DNA of 64,000 bases from Oscillospiraceae bacterium. Its GTDB lineage: Bacteria > Bacillota > Clostridia > Oscillospirales > Acutalibacteraceae. Made by a program: the position numbers and the translations under genes. Shown here piece by piece: positions 58,124 through 64,000 of this stretch. The DNA lies in NCBI GenBank assembly GCA_015065865.1, contig SVPM01000003.1, forward strand, positions 4,206-68,205, in the 5' to 3' direction. The notes under the pieces are model-generated. The model was not told where the DNA came from and did no database searches. It saw only the letters and a list, made by a program, of their open reading frames with translations. Every line of letters starts with the position of its first letter. Positions within the stretch are counted from its first letter, which is position 1.

Positions 58124-58861
58124 TTAGATATTAATCAATTCTTTAAAACAATCATTTAGAATTTGGGACCTTTCCCAATTTATCGATTTAAGTTGCTCAT
58201 CAATAAGACTGAACACTTTTTCTGGATACAAAACTGCCAGAGATACTCCTAATTTGGTTTTTAATTTCAATCTTTCCGATGTCATTATCTCAGCAGCGTC
58301 AGGAGATATTTCCTCAACAAAAGATTTGCTTTTATCGACCAAATTTCCTCTGTATGTATCTTCTGACAATGCATCCATCAGCAAATTTTCCAAAGCTCCC
58401 TGCTTTGAATGAGGAATTACGACCCCAAGCGTACAGCACTGCGCATCTTGGCCAAAACTGTTTTCAAAAGAATTCATCATCCATGTTCCATCAACCAAAC
58501 TTGTAATACACGGTAAAAGATTGTCCGAAAAATATTTTTCGATTTCTTCAATTTCTCTATTATCACGATCAATTACAAAAGCTATTTTGTATTCAGTTTC
58601 CTCGTTTTCTGATTCTAAAATATAGCTTTCAACATGTTCTTTATAGAATCCTAGAAAATTATCTTTTCCACCAACAGCACAAATAGAAAGTTCTTCCCCG
58701 TCCGCATTTTTGTAATGACCAATAAACTCGTTATCTGCATCAGGATGGGCAATCTTAAATTTAGTTGGTTTTTTATTATGAAGCCAACCTTTAGTCTTTC
58801 CCAAATAATAACTCAATAATATTGCATCCGTTTTTCCTTCACAAAAAATAATACGCGTCAT
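58124..58861 (-). CDS. TOPRIM-like (RloB/DUF4435/DUF3226-type) putative nuclease
   Basis: 245 aa. N-terminal MTRIIFCEGKTDAILL (conserved Glu8) and KIAFVIDRDN (D98-x-D100) give the TOPRIM E...DxD arrangement. The ATG overlaps the ATPase stop (ATGA). Confidence 0.6.
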   Translation of the reverse strand: MTRIIFCEGKTDAILLSYYLGKTKGWLHNKKPTKFKIAHPDADNEFIGHYKNADGEELSICAVGGKDNFLGFYKEHVESYILESENEETEYKIAFVIDRDNREIEEIEKYFSDNLLPCITSLVDGTWMMNSFENSFGQDAQCCTLGVVIPHSKQGALENLLMDALSEDTYRGNLVDKSKSFVEEISPDAAEIMTSERLKLKTKLGVSLAVLYPEKVFSLIDEQLKSINWERSQILNDCFKELINI

Positions 58862-59967
58862 AATCTCACCTCGAAATCATACTTTTCGCGATTTCGTAAA
58901 ACTTCGCTACCAAGCATAGTTCTAGACAAAGTTTCGTGAGATTCTTTATCGTTTCTAAAGGTAATTACATTTATTGGATCATTGCCCAGTGCTTTATGAC
59001 TATATCCTTGTGTTGTCAGCAATGCATCAATAGCTTCTTGGCTATGAGTAGTAATGAATAATTGAACATTATATTTTTCACAAGCCATAAACAAGAACGA
59101 AAAAATATCTTTATAATACTTGCTATGAATAGAAGTTTCAATTTCATCAATCATCAAAATACCATCTTTTGCCGCAGCAATACCATTAGTTAATGAAATC
59201 ACCTTTTTTATACCATCGCCATACGTAGACAAAGGCATTGTCCCTAATTTTTTGTGATATAAACATTCGATTGGGCGATTAGAAAATTCGTTTTTGATAT
59301 ACAAAATATCCATAATATCTTCATCAAACAGTTGTAACAAATAGACGCATAATTCCTTATATGATGATGATCTAACTATATTGGATATATTATTTCCTGA
59401 TAAGTGTTTTGCCGGTGAAAGATAAGAAATGTTTATATAATTTCTTCTTTCTCTTGGTAAATCATTAAATCTTGTAAATCCTGTAAATTCTATAGGAAAT
59501 GAATCAAAATTCGAATTGATCGCAAATTTATAAACACCATCAAAGCACATCGTTTCAACTTCTTGGGGTTCATAATTTTCTGTTCTGTCAAAACGAGTTT
59601 TTCTAAAATCGATAGAGTTCTTATCAATTAAAATATTTTTAGTTTCTCCAAGTAATTCTAAATCTATTTCCCCGATGGGACCATATGCTGAAACGCCCAT
59701 GTGAAAATCATCTTGAGGCAACATGTTTAGAAAACTATCAAATAATGATTGAGAATAAAACCCCGATGCGTCTTCTCTCATCCTCGAAGTCTTAAGCACA
59801 TTATATAAATACATTGGGTTTTTAAATAAAGAAATAGCTTCCAGTATGCTGGTTTTTCCGGAATTGTTGTCCCCTGCAATAATATTGAAATGATTTAAGT
59901 TGTCAAGCCTTAAACCACGTATACCTCTAAACGCATGTATATTTAATGAATTAATATAAATAGCCAC
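58858..59967 (-). CDS. ABC/SMC-like AAA ATPase (AAA_21/OLD-ATPase type)
   Basis: 369 aa. Walker A AGDNNSGKTS (K38), signature-like LSTYGDGIKK, Walker B GILMIDEIETSIH, H-loop FITTHS. GTG start one nt after the HTH stop, with GAGGAGG 9 nt upstream. Confidence 0.8.
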   Translation of the reverse strand: MAIYINSLNIHAFRGIRGLRLDNLNHFNIIAGDNNSGKTSILEAISLFKNPMYLYNVLKTSRMREDASGFYSQSLFDSFLNMLPQDDFHMGVSAYGPIGEIDLELLGETKNILIDKNSIDFRKTRFDRTENYEPQEVETMCFDGVYKFAINSNFDSFPIEFTGFTRFNDLPRERRNYINISYLSPAKHLSGNNISNIVRSSSYKELCVYLLQLFDEDIMDILYIKNEFSNRPIECLYHKKLGTMPLSTYGDGIKKVISLTNGIAAAKDGILMIDEIETSIHSKYYKDIFSFLFMACEKYNVQLFITTHSQEAIDALLTTQGYSHKALGNDPINVITFRNDKESHETLSRTMLGSEVLRNREKYDFEVRL

Positions 59968-59968
59968 T

Positions 59969-60271
59969 TTATATTTCCTCCTCTTCTAAAAATTCGATAG
60001 ACATTCGCATGTTTAACCCATCTGCTATTCTTTTTAATATGACGATACTCGGAATATATCTTCCGTTTTCGATCTTGCTTATATTTGCCTGTGAAATGCC
60101 AGTAATAATAGCCAAGTCCTTTTGAGATAAATCTTTTGATTTTCTAATTCTCACAATAGATTCTCTTACTTCTTTCAATATGTCATATTCTTCCACTTCA
60201 ACGGGGGATTCGTCTATTTGTATTTCTGCATTTTTTAATTTTTCTGCAAGAATTCTTTGAAAGTCACTCAT
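59969..60271 (-). CDS. XRE-family helix-turn-helix regulator (100 aa)
   Basis: IRKSKDLSQKDLAIITGISQANISKIENGRYIPSIVILKRIADGL. AAAGGGG lies 7 nt upstream of the ATG. First gene of the three-gene operon. Confidence 0.8.
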   Translation of the reverse strand: MSDFQRILAEKLKNAEIQIDESPVEVEEYDILKEVRESIVRIRKSKDLSQKDLAIITGISQANISKIENGRYIPSIVILKRIADGLNMRMSIEFLEEEEI

Positions 60272-60294
60272 AAAATTACCCCTTTCTATCCGGT

Positions 60295-60323
60295 ATTATA
60301 ACGCAACAGCTTTAAAAAATCAA
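60295..60323 (-). promoter_or_regulatory. Sigma-A-type promoter of the HTH-ATPase-TOPRIM operon
   Basis: Minus strand: TTGATT (60323..60318), 17-nt spacer, TATAAT (60300..60295). The -35 lies 3 nt from the 55-nt palindrome. Confidence 0.55.
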
Positions 60324-60326
60324 TAG

Positions 60327-60381
60327 AAAATATATCAAATATGCAATATTTTTAAAAAATATTGCATATTTGATATATTTT
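60327..60381. promoter_or_regulatory. 55-nt perfect palindrome (candidate operator) in the divergent intergenic region
   Basis: AAAATATATCAAATATGCAATATTTTT-A-AAAAATATTGCATATTTGATATATTTT. The 27-nt arms were checked base by base around the centre at 60354. Confidence 0.6.
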
Positions 60382-60554
60382 GTGCGTTTGAAGATAGAAA
60401 TCCATATACTATTTTAATTGTGTACTCACCAAATATATTATATGAATTGGCGTTACAAATTGTGTTGTTATTATCTGTATTTTGAGGAGATTTATACTGC
60501 ATGAATTTACTTTTGAAATGAAATATGACATAATAAATTAAGTGAGGTGATTTT

Positions 60555-61040
60555 ATGAAAGCTAAAGCACTTTTATCTGCAATTACAGGTTTCTTTTTTG
60601 GCTTAATTACATATTTCTTATTGCAATATTTAGAAAAGGATGGCGCTCTTTTAATTTCTGTTTTTGGAGGATTGTTGTTCTATATTTTGTTATTTGTATT
60701 TCTTCTTGTTTATGGGAAGATTATGGATAAAAAGTATGCAAAATTTGAAAAAGAAATAACCTCTCCTGTTTTTTATAAAACCAATGGTAATTTTAACTTG
60801 GGAAACGGCAAAGTTAAAAACGGCAATATATATTTTTGCGAAGCCGGCATTGTTTGCTTATGCCTTGATGAAAAACCATATACATTGGATGAAATATTAT
60901 TACAAGACATTGACCATTATCAATTTGATGATATTCACCTAAACATTTTTGCTAAAGACGGAAGGCTATTTGTTATTACACTTCCAGATGCCAAGAATGT
61001 TATAAAAACCTTAAATGAAAAAGATTGGATAGAGTTTTAA
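60555..61040 (+). CDS. Hypothetical membrane protein (2 TM + small beta-rich, PH/GRAM-like C-domain)
   Basis: 161 aa. TMs LLSAITGFFFGLITYFLL and LISVFGGLLFYILLFVFLLVY, then NGNIYFCEAGIVCLCLDEKPYTL...HLNIFAKDGRLFVITLPDAKNVIKTL. GAGGTG lies 5 nt upstream of the ATG. Confidence 0.55.
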   Translation: MKAKALLSAITGFFFGLITYFLLQYLEKDGALLISVFGGLLFYILLFVFLLVYGKIMDKKYAKFEKEITSPVFYKTNGNFNLGNGKVKNGNIYFCEAGIVCLCLDEKPYTLDEILLQDIDHYQFDDIHLNIFAKDGRLFVITLPDAKNVIKTLNEKDWIEF

Positions 61041-61059
61041 TTGCAAAGGCGGTGATTTT

Positions 61060-61998
61060 GTGGAAGGTATGTTTCTTCGCAAGAAATTTAACATTTGGCT
61101 TTTTCTATTGTTTGCTTGTGGCTTGTTTTTTATCGGTCTATATATTTTTCTAAATATAGTTGACCCGAAAGCAACCAGTGAATTATTAACCTTTTTGATT
61201 ATGGGCATTCTTATTATTTTGGTTGTAATTCCGTCTTGGCTGTTAAATTTCGGGGCGTTTATTCACATTGATGAAGATTCAATCAAAGCAAAGTACCATT
61301 GGTTTGGTAAAATTGATTGCAAACTTTCGGATGTGACTTTTGCCGTAGCACGAGTTAACACCTTAATTATTCAATTAAAAGACGGTAAAACCCACACCAT
61401 AATGGGTATTGAGAATTCTTGGCCACTCGCTTCAATTATTCGACGGAATATTCCATTTGAGGTAACTGAACAACCTGAAATACTGATGGAAAAGTTAAAC
61501 AACTTAAAAGCGACCAAAAAGAATGGGCTTATATATGTTTGTTCCGGTGTTGCATTAATGTTTGTCATTGTTTTTGTTACAGTATTCTTGACCGGCGAAA
61601 GAGAAATGCACGAATTCAGCAACATTGATTGGACAATATTCGCCATTATGGTTGCAACAGAAATTGCAACAGCTGTTGCTACATTCTATTTTGCAGGGAA
61701 AACAGGAAAGAATAATATTCCGATCGAAAAGTTGCAATATGAAATTCAACGAAGAATCATTGAAACCCAACCATTGTTGCCCGGTTTTGTTATAGCCGTT
61801 TATACGGATGAAAATTATACGGGACGCATTACTTTATTTGGATATCCACACGATAGTGCTGTTTATTATTCGGTGCAAGAATTCGATTCTGATTACACTC
61901 TTTTTAGAGCATACACATCTGATGTCTATGGTAGTCAAGAAGAGTTGCCGGCTGATTTCGAAACTTTGATTGACATAACAGATAAAGTATTACATTAA
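61060..61998 (+). CDS. Hypothetical membrane protein (2 TM + PH/GRAM-like module + 2 TM + C-terminal soluble domain)
   Basis: 312 aa. GTG start in the context GGCGGTGATTTTGTG, which mirrors GAGGTGATTTTATG of the previous gene. LIIQLKDGKTHTIMGIENSWPLASII parallels NIFAKDGRLFVITLPDAKNVIKTL. Confidence 0.5.
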   Translation: MEGMFLRKKFNIWLFLLFACGLFFIGLYIFLNIVDPKATSELLTFLIMGILIILVVIPSWLLNFGAFIHIDEDSIKAKYHWFGKIDCKLSDVTFAVARVNTLIIQLKDGKTHTIMGIENSWPLASIIRRNIPFEVTEQPEILMEKLNNLKATKKNGLIYVCSGVALMFVIVFVTVFLTGEREMHEFSNIDWTIFAIMVATEIATAVATFYFAGKTGKNNIPIEKLQYEIQRRIIETQPLLPGFVIAVYTDENYTGRITLFGYPHDSAVYYSVQEFDSDYTLFRAYTSDVYGSQEELPADFETLIDITDKVLH

Positions 61999-62002
61999 CT
62001 AC

Positions 62003-62031
62003 AAAAGCGGAGTGAAATCACTCCGCTTTTG
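62003..62031 (+). terminator. Rho-independent terminator after 61060..61998
   Basis: AAAAGCGGAGTG-AAAT-CACTCCGCTTTT followed by GC. Confidence 0.75.
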
Positions 62032-62119
62032 CTATGTATAAAAACCACCAAAAAAGCATTTTTGACACCAATGCGTTCAATGGGGCAAACCAGTGAAAAC
62101 CCTAGTGTTTATGCGGGTT

Positions 62120-62182
62120 TCAGGCGGTTTGCCCTAAAATAACGCATTCCTCTATACGACGAACAATACCTGTTGCTTTCAT
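62120..62182 (-). pseudogene. Orphaned 5' remnant of spoVT (20 codons) left next to the native upstream region
   Basis: The minus strand reads AAGGAG-N10-ATG AAA GCA ACA GGT ATT GTT CGT CGT ATA GAG GAA... = MKATGIVRRIEECVILGQTA*. The first 10 residues match SpoVT and the sequence then diverges into island DNA. Confidence 0.55.
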
Positions 62183-62187
62183 ATATA
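62163..62187. repeat. Right copy of the 25-nt direct repeat bounding the island (att-like)
   Basis: ACAATACCTGTTGCTTTCATATATA, identical to 55293..55317. Confidence 0.85.
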
Positions 62188-62275
62188 CATTTCTCCTTAA
62201 ATTACAAATTGTGTTATTATGGGAGAAATACGCCGTAAGAACTAATTTTTCGAATTTGCTAACATACGAAAAGCA

Positions 62276-63454
62276 TCAAAAGCGGGCAAACCACCGCACC
62301 ACCTTGTGCACTACGCGGTACACGGGTGTTTCTAAAACCTTCTTTGCATCCTTCAGTTTTTCTCGAATCTCTATGTTTTGCGGACAGTGTTTTTCACATT
62401 TCCCGCAGCCGATGCAGTTGGAGGCCGCGGTGGAGTTTTTGCGAAGAGCCGTGCATATAACGTAATCTACCATCGACCAGAATCTGCCCTCGGCATAGCG
62501 GCGATTATATGCTGCAAAGGTGCCCGGAATATCCACCCCTTTCGGACAGGGCATACAATACCCGCAACCGGTGCAACCCACCTTTAGTTCGGAGTTGATG
62601 GCGGCTATGACCTTTTTGAGCATCGCCTCTTCATCGGCGCCGATCTCACCAACCTTTACCGAAGATGCTGTGTCTATATTTTCACTGACCATCTCATCGG
62701 AATTCATGCCCGACAGCACCACCGTTACTTCGGGCTGATTCCACAACCAGCGAAAAGCCCATCCCGCAGGAGTGTGGGACGTTTTGTATTCCGAAAAGAT
62801 CTTTTTGGCCGCTTCGGGCAATCGGCTCACCAGCTTGCCGCCGCGAAGAGGTTCCATTATCATAACCGGCAGACCTTTGGCGTGGGCGTAATAAAGTCCT
62901 CGGCGTCCCGCTTGAGAATGCTCGTCCATATAGTTGTATTGTATAAGGCACATATCCCAATCGTATGCATCCACCAACGCACAAAACATATCCGCGTTTC
63001 CGTGATACGAAAATCCTACCTGTCGGATCGCGCCGACCGCCTTTTTTTGCTCTAACCATTCTTCCATACCAAGCGTTTTCAGGCGATTCCACGTATCGGT
63101 ATCGGTGAGCATATGCATAAGATAGTAATCTATATGATCTGTGCGTAAACGCTTCAATTCCTCCGAAAACACCTTTTCAACGTCGTCGATGCTCTTGATG
63201 AGGTAATGCGGCAATTTGGTGGCTATGTAGACCTGATCGCGGATACCGTTTTTTTCTAATATTTCGCCGAGCGCCGCCTCACTACCCGGATAAATATAGG
63301 CGGTATCAAAATAGTTGACACCACCGTTAAAGGCGGTCATAATTTGTTTTTCGGTTTGGACCATATCGATCATACCCAGTTTGTTTTTGAATCGCATACA
63401 GCCAAATCCCAAAATAGAGAGTTTATTACCGGATCTGTCTGTTCTGTAGTTCAT
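62276..63454 (-). CDS. Aldo/keto reductase with a C-terminal 4Fe-4S ferredoxin-type domain
   Basis: MNYRTDRSGNKLSILGFGCMRF...YIDTAYIYPGSE (AKR N-terminus). C-terminal CTGCGYCMPCP and CIGCGKCEKHCP cluster motifs. AAAGGAG lies 6 nt upstream. Confidence 0.8.
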   Translation of the reverse strand: MNYRTDRSGNKLSILGFGCMRFKNKLGMIDMVQTEKQIMTAFNGGVNYFDTAYIYPGSEAALGEILEKNGIRDQVYIATKLPHYLIKSIDDVEKVFSEELKRLRTDHIDYYLMHMLTDTDTWNRLKTLGMEEWLEQKKAVGAIRQVGFSYHGNADMFCALVDAYDWDMCLIQYNYMDEHSQAGRRGLYYAHAKGLPVMIMEPLRGGKLVSRLPEAAKKIFSEYKTSHTPAGWAFRWLWNQPEVTVVLSGMNSDEMVSENIDTASSVKVGEIGADEEAMLKKVIAAINSELKVGCTGCGYCMPCPKGVDIPGTFAAYNRRYAEGRFWSMVDYVICTALRKNSTAASNCIGCGKCEKHCPQNIEIREKLKDAKKVLETPVYRVVHKVVRWFARF

Positions 63455-63619
63455 AGTAACTCCTTTTCAAGATCTTGATCTATTATACCACACTATAAGC
63501 ATTCGTTCAACCGCCAAACCAAAAATGAGGTGAAAAACAATTTATGCCGTTCGGCCTTTACTTGTTGGTTTGAATGTGATAAAATGACAGTATTCAACAA
63601 CATCTGCGGAGGGTCAAAT

Positions 63620-64000
63620 ATGGCTAAGACACAACGAAATTACGGCATTGATCTCTTGCGTATTCTCTCCATCTTTATGGTGGCTGTCTTACACGTTTCG
63701 GGACACGGCGGGATCTTGGTGTCCGTTTCTTCGCCGTGGGATCGCGCAACCGCTTGGTTTTTGGAAACACTCGCCTTCCCTGCCGTGAACTGCTTTGTGC
63801 TGATCTCGGGATTTGTGGGATATCGCGGTGAAAAGTATACGCCGAAACTGCAAAACATCCTCTCCATCTTTTTCACCGTACTGTTTTACAGCGTCAGTAT
63901 GTGTGCGTTGGTGCAACTGCTCGCGCCGAACGCCGTCAGTTTGCAGGATATAAAAAACTCCTTTTTACCGCTGCTGCGCGGACAATACTGGTTTTACTCC
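63620..64000 (+). CDS. Acyltransferase family 3 membrane protein, N-terminal fragment (runs off the right edge)
   Basis: My own translation from ATG 63620 (GGAGGG 6 nt upstream): MAKTQRNYGIDLLRILSIFMVAVLHVSGHGGILVS...NCFVLISGFVGY... The frame is open to 64000, and the N-terminus is typical of O-acyltransferases. Confidence 0.7.
   Translation, partial: MAKTQRNYGIDLLRILSIFMVAVLHVSGHGGILVSVSSPWDRATAWFLETLAFPAVNCFVLISGFVGYRGEKYTPKLQNILSIFFTVLFYSVSMCALVQLLAPNAVSLQDIKNSFLPLLRGQYWFYS

Larger units (their letters stand above)
55293..62187. mobile_element. Low-GC genomic (defence-type) island integrated at the 5' end of spoVT; no recombinase gene
   Basis: Perfect 25-nt direct repeats lie at both ends. 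Spot GC is about 28-30% inside (17/60 at 59041..59100) against about 55-57% outside (34/60 at 54841..54900; 33/60 at 62701..62760). The gene content is HTH regulators, an ABC-ATPase/TOPRIM pair, an ImmA-type peptidase and unknown membrane proteins. Confidence 0.7.

Noticed and set aside
60453-60466. A 14-nt exact match, TTACAAATTGTGTT, found inside the island and also at 62202..62215 just outside the right repeat (both followed by ATTAT within 3 nt).
   Set aside because: It may hint at shared promoter-like sequence or an older recombination junction. However, it is short, AT-rich and present only twice, so I cannot distinguish it from chance or low complexity without genome-wide statistics.
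55293-62187. I searched the island (and the whole window) for integrase, transposase, excisionase or IS inverted repeats.
   Set aside because: None of the ORFs shows tyrosine-recombinase (R..HxxR..Y), serine-recombinase or DDE signatures. The island is therefore reported as recombinase-less rather than as a complete mobile element.

Overview
This is a high-GC chromosomal window (about 57% GC in spot counts of core genes). It appears to come from an endospore-forming Clostridia-type Firmicute, inferred from an alpha/beta SASP gene, spoVT, a CotH protein, a LysM protein and dockerin-bearing secreted proteins. The taxon is inference only. From left to right the window holds two paralogous secreted repeat proteins (one with a dockerin), prs, hflX, small membrane genes, ssp plus tRNA-Gln, a GH2/GH31 glycosidase pair, a lower-GC orphan gene and a membrane-protein/M20-peptidase unit. 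Next comes an 11-gene minus-strand operon, purE-purC-purF-purM-purN-(PurO-type IMP cyclohydrolase)-purH-purD-purL-fhs-ybaK-like, preceded by what I read as a ZTP (pfl-motif) riboswitch. It is followed by fba, dCMP deaminase, rmuC, rsmA, a motif-degenerate PBP5-like protein and a CotH-dockerin protein. The conserved rimP-nusA-ylxR-ylxQ-infB-rbfA-nrnA-truB-ribF cluster follows (ribF fused to a HAD domain), then manA, trmL, ppa and spoVT. The stand-out feature is a 6.9-kb island of about 30% GC (55293..62187), bounded by a perfect 25-nt direct repeat that duplicates the start of spoVT. The island encodes no recombinase. It carries three modules: (i) an unknown 247-aa protein plus an XRE-HTH/ImmA-IrrE metallopeptidase fusion, a toxin-antitoxin or RosmerTA-like architecture; (ii) a tightly coupled XRE-HTH + ABC-type ATPase + TOPRIM-like operon (PARIS/AbiL/RloAB-like) next to a 55-nt perfect palindrome; and (iii) two divergently transcribed, apparently paralogous membrane proteins of unknown function. 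All functional calls come from reading motifs in the translations. No database search was possible.
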